Origin: a bacterium
GTDB taxonomy: Bacteria > UBA8248
Assembly (NCBI GenBank): GCA_963692865.2
Contig: OY843592.1
Span: 3,008,001 to 3,072,000 of the forward strand
Reading direction: 5' to 3'
Length of the DNA: 64,000 nt
Numbering within the stretch: the first letter of the stretch is position 1; each line of letters begins with the position of its first letter. Below, piece by piece: positions 9,994 to 24,868 of this stretch. The notes beneath the pieces were generated by a model that was given only the letters and a program-made list of their open reading frames with translations, ran no database searches and was not told where the DNA came from. A program made the translations under genes and the position numbers.

Positions 9994-11324
9994 GCGACAG
10001 ACTGCGGATCATCGGCGGCGGCCTTGCGGGCTGCGAGGCCGCCTGGCAGGCAGCGAAACGAGGCGTCGAAGTCGACCTCTACGAGATGCGTCCCCACAAG
10101 AAAACGCCCGCGCATGAAACCAGCGGATTGGCCGAACTCGTCTGCTCGAACTCGTTTCGCTCCAATTCCATGGAAAACGCCTCGGGCCTCCTCAAAGAAG
10201 AAATGCGCAAGCTCGACTCAATCATCCTGCGGGGCGCAGACTCCTGCCGGGTTCCCGCTGGTCTGGCGCTGGCCGTCGATCGGGCGTCTTTCAGCAAAAC
10301 GGTCACCGAAGCGATCGAAAACGATCCGCGAATCACCATCCACAGAGAAGAAATCAGGGATTTGGAGGATAAAACCCTCACCATCGTCGCCACCGGCCCG
10401 CTTACCAGCGATTCCCTCTCCGCGGAAATCGCCCGCCTCACGCAGGGCAAGTATCTGTATTTCTACGACGCCATTTCGCCCATCCTGTCTGCGGACAGCA
10501 TCGACATGTCAGTGGCGTTCACCTGCTCGCGTTACGGCAAAGGCAACGAAGAGGGCGGAGAGGGCGACTATCTGAACCTGGGCCTCAACGAATCGCAATA
10601 TTATCAATTCGTCAAGGATCTCCTCGCCGGTGAGAAAATCCCCCTCAGGGAGTTTGAACGCGCCATCTATTTCGAGGGCTGCCTCCCTCTTGAGGAAATG
10701 GCCGCCCGGGGAAAAGACACACTGGCGTTCGGACCCATGAAGCCTGTGGGTCTCGAGCATCCCGAAACGGGAGAGACGTACTGCGCGGTCGCTCAGCTAA
10801 GGCGCGAGGATTTGACGGGAGATTACTTCTCAATGGTGGGCTTTCAGACCAGGTTGCGCTACCCCGAACAAAAGCGCATCTTCTCGACGCTGCCCGCTCT
10901 CGGGAACGCGCGCTTTTTGCGCTACGGAAGTCTACACCGCAATACCTACATCAACGCGCCGCGCCTGATGCGGATTACCCTGCAACTCAAGCGTCACCCG
11001 CATATTTTCATGGCGGGCCAGCTCACCGGCGTGGAGGGATATCTCGAATCGGCCGCCATCGGCTTGATCGCCGGGATGAACACGGCCGCCCTCATCCAGG
11101 AAGAACCCATCACTCCCCCGCCACCGACGACGGCGCTCGGCGCCCTGAATCGCTACATCATCGAGGCGAACCCGAGAAACTTCCAGCCCATGAACATCAA
11201 CTTCGGCCTCTTTCCGCCCCTGGAAAAGCGCGTCCCCAAGAAGTTCAGGAAAAAGCACGTCACCAATCGCGCCATCGAGGATATGGAGCAATGGAGAAGC
11301 AAACTCGCCTCACAAACAGCCTGA
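9990..11324 (+). CDS. trmFO: Folate/FAD-dependent tRNA (uracil-5)-methyltransferase
   Basis: IIGGGLAGCEAAWQ, ELVCSNS, GQLTGVEGY, FQPMNINFGL. Confidence 0.96.
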   Translation: MSDRLRIIGGGLAGCEAAWQAAKRGVEVDLYEMRPHKKTPAHETSGLAELVCSNSFRSNSMENASGLLKEEMRKLDSIILRGADSCRVPAGLALAVDRASFSKTVTEAIENDPRITIHREEIRDLEDKTLTIVATGPLTSDSLSAEIARLTQGKYLYFYDAISPILSADSIDMSVAFTCSRYGKGNEEGGEGDYLNLGLNESQYYQFVKDLLAGEKIPLREFERAIYFEGCLPLEEMAARGKDTLAFGPMKPVGLEHPETGETYCAVAQLRREDLTGDYFSMVGFQTRLRYPEQKRIFSTLPALGNARFLRYGSLHRNTYINAPRLMRITLQLKRHPHIFMAGQLTGVEGYLESAAIGLIAGMNTAALIQEEPITPPPPTTALGALNRYIIEANPRNFQPMNINFGLFPPLEKRVPKKFRKKHVTNRAIEDMEQWRSKLASQTA

Positions 11325-12232
11325 GCGAAGCCCGGGAGTTGTTCGAGGCGCACCTGCGCGATGAGCGCGACAGTTCGGAGCACACGCTTCGCGCATACGC
11401 GGCGGATCTGAAGGAATTCGACGATTTTCTCACCGATTGGGCGCAAAAGCCGGTTCCGCTGGATGAAATCGACTCTCTGGCCGTCCGCGGCTATCTCGGA
11501 TTTCTGTACCGAAAGGGAGTCTCGCCGACGACCGTAAACCGGCACCTTTCGAGCATACGCAGCCTGTTTCGCTTCTTGAGGCGAGAGGGCTTCCCCCTGG
11601 GCGACCCGGCGGGAGAAGTACCCTCACCCAAAGAAACCAGGCCTTTGCCGACCTTCTTGCCCGTGGATGACGCCGTCCGACTCATGGAGATGCCCGACAC
11701 CTCGACCCCCGAGGGACTTAGAGACAAGGCGATCTTCGAGCTTCTCTACGGATCGGGCTTGCGGGTCAGCGAATTGACGGGTCTGAACCGCGCCGATCTG
11801 AACATGGCGGAGAGACTCATCCGCGTTCGCGGAAAAGGAAGAAAAGAGAGAATCGTGCCCATCACCAAGGAGGCGGCGAAAGCCGTAGCCAACCATCTTG
11901 CACATATAGAAGCAAACCCTCTTGATGATTCGCCCCTTTTCATCAACAAGCGGAACAAGAGAATCTCCCCGGCCTTCGTGCGCTCTATTTTCCGCGCATA
12001 TGAAAAAAAAGGCGGTTTCAGCTATCATTTCACCCCGCATGCCCTTCGCCATACGGCGGCGACGCATTTACTCGAGAGCCAAGAGGCCGACCTTCGCTCG
12101 ATCCAGGAGTTGTTGGGACACGCGAGCCTCTCCACGACGCAAAGATACACGCAGGTGGACTTCTCTCACCTGCGCGCCGTGTATGACGACGCGCACCCCA
12201 GGGCGAAGACGAAACCCGAACGAGGACGATAG
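11291..12232 (+). CDS. xerC: Tyrosine recombinase XerC
   Basis: ELLYGSGLR, GKGRKER, HALRH, LGHASLSTTQRY; conserved topA-trmFO-xerC-hslVU context. Confidence 0.92.
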   Translation: MEKQTRLTNSLSEARELFEAHLRDERDSSEHTLRAYAADLKEFDDFLTDWAQKPVPLDEIDSLAVRGYLGFLYRKGVSPTTVNRHLSSIRSLFRFLRREGFPLGDPAGEVPSPKETRPLPTFLPVDDAVRLMEMPDTSTPEGLRDKAIFELLYGSGLRVSELTGLNRADLNMAERLIRVRGKGRKERIVPITKEAAKAVANHLAHIEANPLDDSPLFINKRNKRISPAFVRSIFRAYEKKGGFSYHFTPHALRHTAATHLLESQEADLRSIQELLGHASLSTTQRYTQVDFSHLRAVYDDAHPRAKTKPERGR

Positions 12233-12781
12233 ATGACGACGCCAGGCGCAATCATCCACTCCACCACGATTCTCGCGCTGCGCTACAATGGGCAAACGGC
12301 TCTGGGCGGGGACGGGCAGGTCACCATGGGAAACGCGGCGGTGAAGCACGGCGCCGTGAAAATCCGCAAGCTCGGTGACGGCAAGGTGCTCGCCGGTTTC
12401 GCGGGTTCGGCTTCCGACGCCATCGCCCTGTTCGAACGGTTCGAAGGAAAGCTCGAAGAATATCGGGGGAATCTGTCGCGCGCCGCCGTGGAGATGGGCA
12501 AGGACTGGCGGACGGACAGGGTACTTCGCCGCCTGGAAGCTCTCCTCGCCGTGGCGGATAAGGAAACCTCTCTCATTCTCTCGGGTACGGGCGACATCAT
12601 CGAGCCCGATGACGGCGTACTCGGAATCGGCAGCGGCGGTCCCATGGCCATCGCCGCCGCGCGCGGCATTTTGAGCCTCGAACCCGACCTCGATGCCGAT
12701 GAAATCGTAAGGAAATCTCTGGAAATCGCAGCGGACATCTGCGTCTACACCAACAGCAACATTTCAGTGGAAACCCTTTGA
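12233..12781 (+). CDS. hslV: ATP-dependent protease subunit HslV
   Basis: STTILAL...GDGQVT, GSGG, ICVYTN. Confidence 0.96.
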   Translation: MTTPGAIIHSTTILALRYNGQTALGGDGQVTMGNAAVKHGAVKIRKLGDGKVLAGFAGSASDAIALFERFEGKLEEYRGNLSRAAVEMGKDWRTDRVLRRLEALLAVADKETSLILSGTGDIIEPDDGVLGIGSGGPMAIAAARGILSLEPDLDADEIVRKSLEIAADICVYTNSNISVETL

Positions 12782-14139
12782 TGGAAAACCTCACCCCCGC
12801 ACGAATCGTCGAGGAACTCGACCGCTATGTCGTCGGCCAGAAAGACGCCAAGCGAGCCGTGGCGGTTGCCCTCAGAAACCGCTGGCGCAGGCAGCAACTG
12901 CCGCCCGAGATGGCCGAGGACGTGGCGCCCAAGAACATCATCATGATAGGCCCCACCGGCGTCGGGAAGACCGAGATCGCAAGACGCCTGGCCAAACTGG
13001 CGAAAAGCCCGTTCATCAAGGTCGAGGCCAGCAAATTCACCGAGGTGGGCTACGTGGGCCGCGATGTGGAGAGCATGATTCGCGACCTCGTCGAACTGGC
13101 GCGAAACATCGTTCAGGAGGAGCAGCGCGACATCAACAAGAGCAAGGCCCAGGAACTCGCCGAAGAACGCCTGCTCGATTTGCTGCTGCCGCGTCCCCCG
13201 GGATTCGGCGCGCTTGATGAGCGAGGCCAATCCCGCGACCCGCTCGGCGAGGAGAGCTATCAGCGTTCGCGGGAGAAGTTTCGCTCCCTGCTCCTCGAGG
13301 GAAAACTCGACGACCGGGAAGTGGAGATAGAAGTGGCGGACAGAGGCCCCGAAATTCACTTCATGGGCGGGAGCGACATGGAGCAGATCGGCATCAACAT
13401 GAAGGAAATCATGGGAAACTTCATGCCCCAGACCCCCAAGAGCAGGCGCATGAAGGTGCCCGAAGCTTTCGAGTATCTCGCCCAGGATGAGGCGGACAAG
13501 CTCATCGACCCGGACAACCTGAACGCCGAGGCCATCGAGCGCACCGAGCAGTCCGGCATCGTATTTCTCGATGAGGTCGACAAGGTCGCCGCCCAGAACA
13601 ACGGGAGAGGAGGCCCCGACGTCTCGCGCGAAGGCGTGCAAAGAGACCTGCTCCCCATCGTGGAAGGCTCTACGGTACAGACCAAGTACGGCCCGGTGAA
13701 GACGGACCACATCCTCTTCATCGCGGCGGGCGCGTTCCACATGGCCAAGCCCTCGGACCTCCTGCCCGAACTCCAGGGCCGCTTCCCCATCCGCGTGGAA
13801 CTCGACTCCCTGGACCGCGATGATTTCATCCGCATCCTCCAGGAACCCGAAAACGCGCTTGTGCGCCAATACCCCGCCCTTCTGGCGACGGAGGGCGTCA
13901 ACATCACATTCGGGGAAGACGCCGTGAAAGAAGTGGCCGACTTCGCCTTCCGCATCAACGAGCAGACCGAGAACATCGGCGCCAGAAGACTTCACACCAT
14001 CATGGAACGACTTCTCGAGGAAATTTCCTTCCGGGCGCCCGAGATGTCCGGCGAAAGCGTGGAGATAGACGCCGCCTACGTGCGCGAGCGCCTGAGCGAC
14101 ATCGTCGAAGACCTTGACTTGAGCCGTTATATTCTCTAA
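12778..14139 (+). CDS. hslU: ATP-dependent protease ATPase HslU
   Basis: [30 protein letters not shown]-terminus. Confidence 0.97.
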   Translation: MMENLTPARIVEELDRYVVGQKDAKRAVAVALRNRWRRQQLPPEMAEDVAPKNIIMIGPTGVGKTEIARRLAKLAKSPFIKVEASKFTEVGYVGRDVESMIRDLVELARNIVQEEQRDINKSKAQELAEERLLDLLLPRPPGFGALDERGQSRDPLGEESYQRSREKFRSLLLEGKLDDREVEIEVADRGPEIHFMGGSDMEQIGINMKEIMGNFMPQTPKSRRMKVPEAFEYLAQDEADKLIDPDNLNAEAIERTEQSGIVFLDEVDKVAAQNNGRGGPDVSREGVQRDLLPIVEGSTVQTKYGPVKTDHILFIAAGAFHMAKPSDLLPELQGRFPIRVELDSLDRDDFIRILQEPENALVRQYPALLATEGVNITFGEDAVKEVADFAFRINEQTENIGARRLHTIMERLLEEISFRAPEMSGESVEIDAAYVRERLSDIVEDLDLSRYIL

Positions 14140-14236
14140 ACCTTCTCCCCTTCCCTCTTGGCCTTGCGCCCTGGGGGAGTGTATATTTCTCGGCTTATGA
14201 CGAGAAAGCCGTATTCCATTCTCTGTTTTTGAAGGT

Positions 14237-15118
14237 TTGGACATGGAACCGAGAGACAGGGCGGCGACGCTGGTTGAAGCGCTGCCCTACATCCAACAGT
14301 TCGCGGGCAAGACCATCGTCGTCAAATACGGCGGCGCGGCCCAGGTGCAGCCGGAACTTCACGCTCCGTTCGCCCAGGACATCGTGCTGCTCAAGTACGT
14401 GGGTATCAACGTGGTCGTCGTCCACGGCGGCGGCCCCCAAATCGGCGAGACACTCAAGAAGATTGGCAAGACCAGCGAGTTCATCGAAGGCCTCCGGGTG
14501 ACGGACGAGGAAACCGTCGGCGTGGTGGAGATGGTGCTTTCCGGCGCTACGAACAAGAGCATCGTGAGGCTCATCAACCGGCACGGTGGGAACGCCGTGG
14601 GCCTTTCCGGTTCGGACGCAGGCCTCACGACGGCGAAAAAACTGATCATGAGCAGAAAAGGACCAAGCGGGGAGGACATGGAGTATGACCTGGGGCGCGT
14701 CGGCGAGGTGCTGGCGATACAGCCCGACATCATCCACCACCTCACCGACGGCGGCTTCATTCCCGTCATCGCGCCCCTTGGTGTTGGGCGGGACGGCAAC
14801 GTTTACAACATCAACGCCGACTCGGCAGCCGGCGCCATTGCCGGAGCCCTTCACGCGGAAAAATTCATCCTCCTGACGGACGTGCCCGGTATTCTGGGCG
14901 ATGACGAGAACCTCATCAGCACCATCAGGCGCGATGACGTCAAAAGGCTCAAAGAAGAGAAAATCGTCACCGGCGGGATGATCCCGAAAGTCGCCGCGTG
15001 TCTGGACGCCCTCTCATCGGACGTCACGAAAACCCACATCGTCGACGGCAGGGTTCCTCACGCCGTACTGCTCGAAGTGTTCACGGATGAAGGCGTGGGC
15101 ACGCAAATCGTCAGATAG
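14237..15118 (+). CDS. argB: Acetylglutamate kinase
   Basis: EALPYI, VVKYGG, VHGGGPQI, NINAD, GGMIPK. Confidence 0.96.
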   Translation: MDMEPRDRAATLVEALPYIQQFAGKTIVVKYGGAAQVQPELHAPFAQDIVLLKYVGINVVVVHGGGPQIGETLKKIGKTSEFIEGLRVTDEETVGVVEMVLSGATNKSIVRLINRHGGNAVGLSGSDAGLTTAKKLIMSRKGPSGEDMEYDLGRVGEVLAIQPDIIHHLTDGGFIPVIAPLGVGRDGNVYNINADSAAGAIAGALHAEKFILLTDVPGILGDDENLISTIRRDDVKRLKEEKIVTGGMIPKVAACLDALSSDVTKTHIVDGRVPHAVLLEVFTDEGVGTQIVR

Positions 15119-15126
15119 CTTCTTTT

Positions 15127-16332
15127 TTGGGGAAAAGCATGGACAACGCCACACTGATCTCGGACGCCGCACTCAACGTCGCCCCCACGTACGGGCGCTA
15201 CCCCATCGCCCTGGTTCGCGGCGAGGGATGCCGCGTCTGGGATGCGGACGGGAAAGAGTATCTGGATTTCGTATCCGGCCTGGCGGTGTGCAACCTGGGG
15301 CATTGCCACCCCGGCGTCGTAGACGCCATCAGGGGACAGGCCGGAAAACTCATCCACGTCTCGAACCTCTACCACATCGAGCCCCAGATCGAGTTGGCGA
15401 AGAAGCTCAACCGGCTCTCTTTCGGCGACAAGACGTTTTTCTGCAACAGCGGCACGGAGGCAGTCGAGGCGGCACTCAAACTCGCCAGAAAGTATTCGTT
15501 CAAAAAATACGGGGAAGGCCGACACGAGATACTGAGCTTCGACATGAGTTTCCACGGCCGCACCATGGCCTCGCTCACCGCCACGGGTCAGACGAAGTTT
15601 CACGGGGCGTTCAAGCCTCTGCTGCCCGGGTTCCGGTACTTGCCCTTCGGCGATTTGGAGTCGGTGGCCGCCTCGGTTTCGGAGCAGACCTGCGCCATCA
15701 TGGTGGAGCCCATCCAGGGCGAGGGCGGCGTGAACGTGCCGCCTGATGGCTATCTCAAGGGTTTGCGCGAAATTTGCGACGCGAACGATCTCCTCCTTCT
15801 CTTCGACGAGGTCCAAGTCGGTCTGGGCAGGACGGGAAAACTCTGGGCGTATGAGCACGAGGGCGTCGCGCCCGACGCCATGAGCCTCGCGAAGGCCCTT
15901 GCCGGCGGAACCGCCATCGGCGCGCTGGTCGCCTCGGACAAGGCCATGGCGTTCGAACCGGGAGATCACGCCGCCACGTTCGGCGGCAATCCCCTGGCCA
16001 CCGCCGCGGGATGCGCCGCGATGGACGCCATCACCGCGCCCGGATTCCTCGAACACGTACAGGAGATGGGAGCGTACGCCACCGCGGGACTCGAGGAATT
16101 GGCGACGCGGCACGCCATCATCAAGGACATCCGGGGCAAGGGGCTGATCATCGGCTGCGAAGTGGACGTGGACGCGACATCCATCGTCACGAAGGGTCTG
16201 GATGCGGGCTTTTTGCTCAACGTGGCCGTCCAGAAGGTCATCCGGCTCATCCCTCCCCTCGTCGTGGAAAAAGGGATGATCGACAAGCTGATGAATTTCT
16301 TGGATGAGGCGCTGGCGGAACTGGCGAAATGA
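15127..16332 (+). CDS. argD: Acetylornithine aminotransferase
   Basis: Class III PLP enzyme: FHGRT, EPIQGEGG, DEVQVG, AKALAGG. Start probably ATG at 15139. Confidence 0.93.
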   Translation: MGKSMDNATLISDAALNVAPTYGRYPIALVRGEGCRVWDADGKEYLDFVSGLAVCNLGHCHPGVVDAIRGQAGKLIHVSNLYHIEPQIELAKKLNRLSFGDKTFFCNSGTEAVEAALKLARKYSFKKYGEGRHEILSFDMSFHGRTMASLTATGQTKFHGAFKPLLPGFRYLPFGDLESVAASVSEQTCAIMVEPIQGEGGVNVPPDGYLKGLREICDANDLLLLFDEVQVGLGRTGKLWAYEHEGVAPDAMSLAKALAGGTAIGALVASDKAMAFEPGDHAATFGGNPLATAAGCAAMDAITAPGFLEHVQEMGAYATAGLEELATRHAIIKDIRGKGLIIGCEVDVDATSIVTKGLDAGFLLNVAVQKVIRLIPPLVVEKGMIDKLMNFLDEALAELAK

Positions 16333-17253
16333 AAAAGCGCGACTACCTCACAGGCTTTGAACTGAGCGCCGCGCAAACGCGCGAACTCATCGAGGAGGCG
16401 CTCGTCCAGAAAAAAGAAACGGCGCAGGGGAAACTACGCCCCGCGCTGGCGGGAAAGAACTTTGCGCTTATCTTCGAAAAACACTCCACGAGGACGCGGG
16501 TTTCCTTCGAGGCGGGCCTCACCCAACTGGGGGCCAGCACCATTTTCCTCGCGCCGAACGACACACAGATCGCCCGTGGGGAAACCCCCGCGGACAGCGC
16601 CAAGGTGCTGAGCGAATACGTGGACGGCATCGTCGTCAGAACATATGCCCATGCGCGCGTGGAGGAAATCGCTGCGAACGCGAGCGTCCCCGTGGTCAAC
16701 GGCCTCACGGACCTGCACCACCCTTGCCAGGCGCTCGCCGATTTCCTGACGATGAGGGAACGCTACGGCACGCTCGAAAATCTCAAGCTCGCCTATCTGG
16801 GCGACGGGAACAACGTGCTGCATTCGCTGCTCATCGTGGGCGCATTGAGCGGCGTCGACGTTTGCGCCGCGTGCCCGAAAGAGTATTGGCCGGACTCCGA
16901 AGTCCTGGAGCAGGCCCGAAACACGGCGCGAGAATCGAACGCGCAAATCCACGTCACCGAGAGCGTGGAAGAAGCCTGCGCGGGCGCCCACGCCGTCTAC
17001 ACGGACGTGTGGGCTTCCATGGGACAGGAAGCTGAGAACGAACGCCGCCAGAAAGACCTGGCCCCGTACCAGGTGAACGAGGGCGTGTTCCGGGGCGCGA
17101 ACGAGGACGCCGTTTTCATGCACTGCCTCCCCGCCCACAGGGGGGAGGAGGTGACGGCGGAAGTCATCGACGGCCCGAGGAGCGTCGTTTTCACGCAGGC
17201 CGGAAATCGGCTCCACGCACAGAAGATTCTCCTTCAAATCCTGGCCGGAGGAA

Positions 17254-17267
<14 letters not shown>
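16329..17267 (+). CDS. argF: Ornithine carbamoyltransferase
   Basis: STRTR, HPCQ, DVWASMG, HCLP. Confidence 0.96.
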
Positions 17268-18471
<1,204 letters not shown>

Positions 18472-18605
18472 AATTCCAGGACTTAGAACCTAAGACTGCA
18501 CGGAATCTTCTGTTGAGTGGGGACGCTGAACGAAGAATTCATGATCCGGGCGTGGATGGATGAATGCTCTCCCGGGCTGAAACTCCTTACCCTTACGAGA
18601 TTGAA

Positions 18606-19535
18606 TCAGGCCTTGGCGGCGGAGCTTCTCTTGCTTCGGGAGCCGCGGCGCGCCGACTCCGGCCACGACAGCAGGATGGGGCTCGCCACGTAGATGGAGG
18701 AATACGTACCGGCCACGATGCCCACTGCGAGGGCGAACGCCACGTCGGAGATTATGTCGCCCCCCAGAATGAGGAACGCCAGCACCGCGACCAGCGTGGT
18801 ACCCGATGTGAGCAACGTGCGCGAGAGGGTCTGGTTGATGGATTTGTTGACGAGTCCCGAAAACTCGGCCCGCCTCGAAGCGCGCGTATTCTCGCGGATT
18901 CGGTCGAACACGACGATGGTGTCGTTCAGTGAATAACCGATAATCGTCAAGACGGCCGCCACGATGGGGAGTGAGAACTCCTTGCCGGAGAGGGAGAAGA
19001 CGCCCAGCGTGATGATGACGTCGTGCAAAAGCGCCACGACCGAGGCGATGGCCTGTCGGAACTGGAACCTGAAACTAATGTAGATCAGGATGCCGATGAG
19101 GGCGAAGAGCATGCTGCTGAGCGCCTTCTGGCGCAGGTCCGCACCCACTTTGGGACCCACCATCTCGGTTCTGCGCATCTCGAACGCGTCTTTGCCGAAT
19201 TTCTTGACGAGCGCGCCTTTCACGACGGATTCGACACCCTTGATGTCGCCCGAGCTTTTCTCCACGCGAATCAGGAACTCTCCCTCGGAGCCGAAATTCT
19301 GGATGACGGTATCGCCCAAAGAGAGTCCGGCGATGGCGCTTCGAATATCTCCAATCGGCTTGGCCTCTTTGAATTGCACCTGAACCAGCGTTCCGCCGGT
19401 GAAATCGATGCCGTAGTTGATCCCCTTGGTCATAAGCAGGAGCAGGGACAGCAAGACGAACGCGGTGGAGACGCCGACGAAGAGCTTGATTTTGCCGATG
19501 ATGTCGTATGATGCGTCTGGCCGGATGATCTCCAT
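18606..19535 (-). CDS. secF: Protein translocase subunit SecF
   Basis: GIDFTGG, GYSLNDTIVVFDRIRE. Confidence 0.96.
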   Translation of the reverse strand: MEIIRPDASYDIIGKIKLFVGVSTAFVLLSLLLLMTKGINYGIDFTGGTLVQVQFKEAKPIGDIRSAIAGLSLGDTVIQNFGSEGEFLIRVEKSSGDIKGVESVVKGALVKKFGKDAFEMRRTEMVGPKVGADLRQKALSSMLFALIGILIYISFRFQFRQAIASVVALLHDVIITLGVFSLSGKEFSLPIVAAVLTIIGYSLNDTIVVFDRIRENTRASRRAEFSGLVNKSINQTLSRTLLTSGTTLVAVLAFLILGGDIISDVAFALAVGIVAGTYSSIYVASPILLSWPESARRGSRSKRSSAAKA

Positions 19536-21085
19536 TAGATGCTCAAACTCCTCACGTCGGTTCGGTACAAGAAGAAGTCATAGACGAATCGGGTGACGAA
19601 TATCGCCGTAAACATGCTCGCCACGATGCCGATGCTCAAGGTGACGGCGAATCCCTTGATGGGGCCCGTCCCGAACTGCAGGAGCACGAGCGCCGCGATG
19701 AGCGTCGTTACGTTCGCGTCGAGAATCGTGAGGAATGCCTTGCCGTAACCCGAATCGATCGCGGAGCGAATGGTTTTCCCCAGTCGCAACTCTTCGCGGA
19801 TGCGCTCAAAGATCAGGACGTTGGCGTCCACCGCCATCCCAACCGTGAGTACGATGCCGGCGATTCCCGGCAGGGTCAGCGTTGCGCCGAAAAAACCGAG
19901 CGCGCCCATGAGTATCAAGAGGTTGAACAAAAGCGCCATGATGGCCACCGCGCCGCTCAACTTGTAGTAGACCCCCATGAATATCAGAACGAGAATGAAG
20001 CCGACGATGATGCTGATAAGACCCTGCCGCACGGAATCGGCCCCCAGCGATGGGCCGACGTTTCTTTCCTCCAAAACCTCCACTGGAGCGGGGAGAGCGC
20101 CTGCTCTTAAGGCAATCGCCAGATCCGTCGCTTCTTCGAGCGTGAAGCTTCCCGTTATCTGCGCCCTGCCCTGGCTGATACGTTCCTGAATCACGGGCGC
20201 GCTGTAGATGACGCCGTCGAGCACGATGGCGAGGCGCCTGCCCACGTTGGCCGCCGTGAGGCGGTCGAACGCATCCGCACCTACCGAGTCGAACGCGATA
20301 GCCACGTAGGACTGGTTGAAGCGATCGCCGATTTCAACGCGCGCGTCCGTGAGGTTGTCCCCGGTCAGGGCGGCTTCTCTCTTGACCAGCAAGGGGGTGC
20401 GATCGAGCACCTCGCCCGTCTGCCTGTCTCTGGTCACCTGATAGAGAAGCTGGAGTCCCTCGGGCGCGCGGCCCCTTTCCACCGCGCTCGCGGCGTTGGC
20501 CTGGTTGTCCACCATCTTGAATTCCAGGAGCGCCGTCTTCCCGATCAAGGACTTCGCCCGGGAGGGATCCTCTACACCCGGAAGCTGGATGATGATGCGC
20601 CGCTCTCCCTGGCGCTGGAGCGTGGGTTCACGCACGCCGAACTGATCGATTCGGTTCCGAATCGTCTCGAGCGACTGAATGATAGCCTGCTCTTTCGTGC
20701 GCTCCACCTGTTGCGATGAGAGGAAATATGCGAACGTCGGCGGCGCGCCTTCTTCCCGCTCCAGGGTGAGGTCCGGGTAATTCTGCATCATCGAGAGGAA
20801 ACGGCCCCTGTCGCCGGGGCGATGCAGGGTCACGGTCAGCCTCAAGCCGTCGCGCTTGAAGGCACGGGTCCTTATGTCGTCGATGGAAAGACGGTTTCGA
20901 AGTTCCGTGAAATAGCGGCTCATTTTCGATTCCACCGCCTTTTCGGACTGCACCTCGAGGACGAGATGAATCCCGCCCTGCAAATCAAGCCCGAGGTTGA
21001 TGCGCTCATCCGGCGGCATCAGGTAAAACGCGGATACGGCGATTACAATGGCAATCAGGCCCGCCCGCCAACCTACACCCCTCAT
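19535..21085 (-). CDS. secD: Protein translocase subunit SecD
   Basis: LGLDLQGG, GMAVDANVLIFERIREE. Confidence 0.96.
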   Translation of the reverse strand: MRGVGWRAGLIAIVIAVSAFYLMPPDERINLGLDLQGGIHLVLEVQSEKAVESKMSRYFTELRNRLSIDDIRTRAFKRDGLRLTVTLHRPGDRGRFLSMMQNYPDLTLEREEGAPPTFAYFLSSQQVERTKEQAIIQSLETIRNRIDQFGVREPTLQRQGERRIIIQLPGVEDPSRAKSLIGKTALLEFKMVDNQANAASAVERGRAPEGLQLLYQVTRDRQTGEVLDRTPLLVKREAALTGDNLTDARVEIGDRFNQSYVAIAFDSVGADAFDRLTAANVGRRLAIVLDGVIYSAPVIQERISQGRAQITGSFTLEEATDLAIALRAGALPAPVEVLEERNVGPSLGADSVRQGLISIIVGFILVLIFMGVYYKLSGAVAIMALLFNLLILMGALGFFGATLTLPGIAGIVLTVGMAVDANVLIFERIREELRLGKTIRSAIDSGYGKAFLTILDANVTTLIAALVLLQFGTGPIKGFAVTLSIGIVASMFTAIFVTRFVYDFFLYRTDVRSLSI

Positions 21086-21160
21086 GAAACTCTCCTTACG
21101 CCGGGCGGCGCCGTGCCGCCCGCATCGAAAACCATATCACCGAATAACGGCGAAATGACT

Positions 21161-21559
21161 TCACTTTTGTTTTTCTGGCTTTTCTTTCCGGGGAGCCTTG
21201 TTCTGCTCCGCATTCGCGCTCGAACCCGCAGCCGTCACAAAAGATTTCTGCACGCGAATACGCACGTTCTCATCCACTTTCAGCGTCACGATGTCATCCT
21301 TGATTCTCGCCACTTCTCCCAGAATTCCACTCGCGACGACCTGATCGCCGGGCTTGAGAGCCTCCTGCATCCGGCGAATTTCCTGCTGCCTCTTCTGCTG
21401 GGGCCTGATCATGATGAAATAGATGATGGCGAAGATCATCAGGAACGGCGCCAGTTGAATCAGGAAGCTGGGCTGCCCTCCACCGCCGCCGGAAGGAGGG
21501 GCCATGGCGTATGCGACGGAAAAATCCGCCAACCATGCCGCTAGAGAATCCAACATCAT
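21161..21559 (-). CDS. yajC: Preprotein translocase subunit YajC
   Basis: YFIMIRPQQKR, LKPGDQV; tgt-yajC-secDF order. Confidence 0.92.
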   Translation of the reverse strand: MMLDSLAAWLADFSVAYAMAPPSGGGGGQPSFLIQLAPFLMIFAIIYFIMIRPQQKRQQEIRRMQEALKPGDQVVASGILGEVARIKDDIVTLKVDENVRIRVQKSFVTAAGSSANAEQNKAPRKEKPEKQK

Positions 21560-21606
21560 CTACGTCTCCATGAAAAAAGCGCTTCGCCTGTCCTCATAGC
21601 CAAGGC

Positions 21607-21635
21607 TTCGTAGCAAAGCCCCCGCTCCTTGTCAA
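21607..21635 (-). promoter_or_regulatory. Sigma70 promoter upstream of yajC-secDF
   Basis: Minus strand TTGACA-17 nt-TACGAA with TG one base before the -10. Confidence 0.55.
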
Positions 21636-21658
21636 CAAAGGCATTAAGAATCAGTCGC

Positions 21659-23634
<1,976 letters not shown>

Positions 23635-23641
23635 TTATCCG

Positions 23642-24826
23642 CTACAGCTTGCGGACATGGGTCACCCGGCCCCCTCGCAGGTAGATTCTCGGCACGCGCA
23701 TGCCCACCCCGCACATGATCTCATAAGGTATCGTCTCGGCCCTGTCAGCCAACTCCCCGCAACTGACGGCCCCACCACCCTGCTCTCCCAAAAGGACGAC
23801 TTCATCCCCCGGCGCGACGCTTTCGATATTCGTCACATCCAGCGCCAGCATGTCCATGGATACGCGCCCCGCCACCGGAACCCGCAAGCCGCAAGCCAAC
23901 GCGTCCGCGCGGTTGGAGAGAATGCGCGGATAGCCGTCCCCGTACCCCGCCGCCACGATTGCGATTCGACCGGGTGAATTCCTCTCATACGTTCCGCCAT
24001 AGCCGACCGGCCGGCCCGCGTCCATCTCTTTTACCTGCAACACTCTCGCCACCCACGTCATGGCGCATTGAAGCGTCACGCTCTTCGAAAACTGGGGCGA
24101 GGAGCCATACAGCGCGATTCCCAGACGCACGAGATTGCCGGGCGCCTGGGGATAATTCAACAAGCCCGCGCTGTTCGCCATATGGACACAGGGGGGAAGC
24201 AGGTTTTTCTCCCCAAGCGCATGGATGAGCGCCTCCATCTCGCGAATCTGCGCGCCCGTCGCGGCCTCTCCATCTTCTTCGTCCGCCCGGGCGAAGTGGC
24301 TCATCAACCCGGCGACCTCGACCCTCTCCTCTCGGGATGTCCTCTCGAAGAAATCGACGGCTTCCGCCGGGCGCAATCCCAGACGCCCCATTCCCGTATC
24401 CACCTTGACGTGGACTCTGGCCTTCCTCCCTGCTACTCTCGCTGCGCTTGCCAAGCCTTCAATTTGCTCCATATGCCAGACGGCGACGTCGCAATCCGCC
24501 TCGATCAGCCTCCCCGCGTTATACGCCAACGTATCGCTCATCACCAATATGCGCGCATCGGCGAATCCGTCTCCCTCCTCGCGGTTACGGGCGGCGCGGA
24601 GCGATTCCGCCTCCTCGACCGTCGCCACGCCGAACCACCTCGCGCCCGACTCATACAAAGCGCGAGCAACCTCCACGCCCCCGTGCCCGTAGGCCTCCGC
24701 CTTCACGACGGCGAACGGCTCTTGCGAGACAAGCAGACTCGTCAGATTTTTATAATTTTGAATCAGGATGTCCAGATCGATGAAAACGGCGTTGCGATAC
24801 CCCGACGGCAGCAAATGTTCACTCAA
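23642..24826 (-). CDS. alr: Alanine racemase
   Basis: AVVKAEAYGHG, KVDTGMGRLG, GYGDG, GRVSMD, TIPYE. Confidence 0.95.
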   Translation of the reverse strand: MSEHLLPSGYRNAVFIDLDILIQNYKNLTSLLVSQEPFAVVKAEAYGHGGVEVARALYESGARWFGVATVEEAESLRAARNREEGDGFADARILVMSDTLAYNAGRLIEADCDVAVWHMEQIEGLASAARVAGRKARVHVKVDTGMGRLGLRPAEAVDFFERTSREERVEVAGLMSHFARADEEDGEAATGAQIREMEALIHALGEKNLLPPCVHMANSAGLLNYPQAPGNLVRLGIALYGSSPQFSKSVTLQCAMTWVARVLQVKEMDAGRPVGYGGTYERNSPGRIAIVAAGYGDGYPRILSNRADALACGLRVPVAGRVSMDMLALDVTNIESVAPGDEVVLLGEQGGGAVSCGELADRAETIPYEIMCGVGMRVPRIYLRGGRVTHVRKL

Positions 24827-24868
24827 AAAGAAGGCCCCCTTTTTGGAGACGTCCTCGTCGTTTCTTCG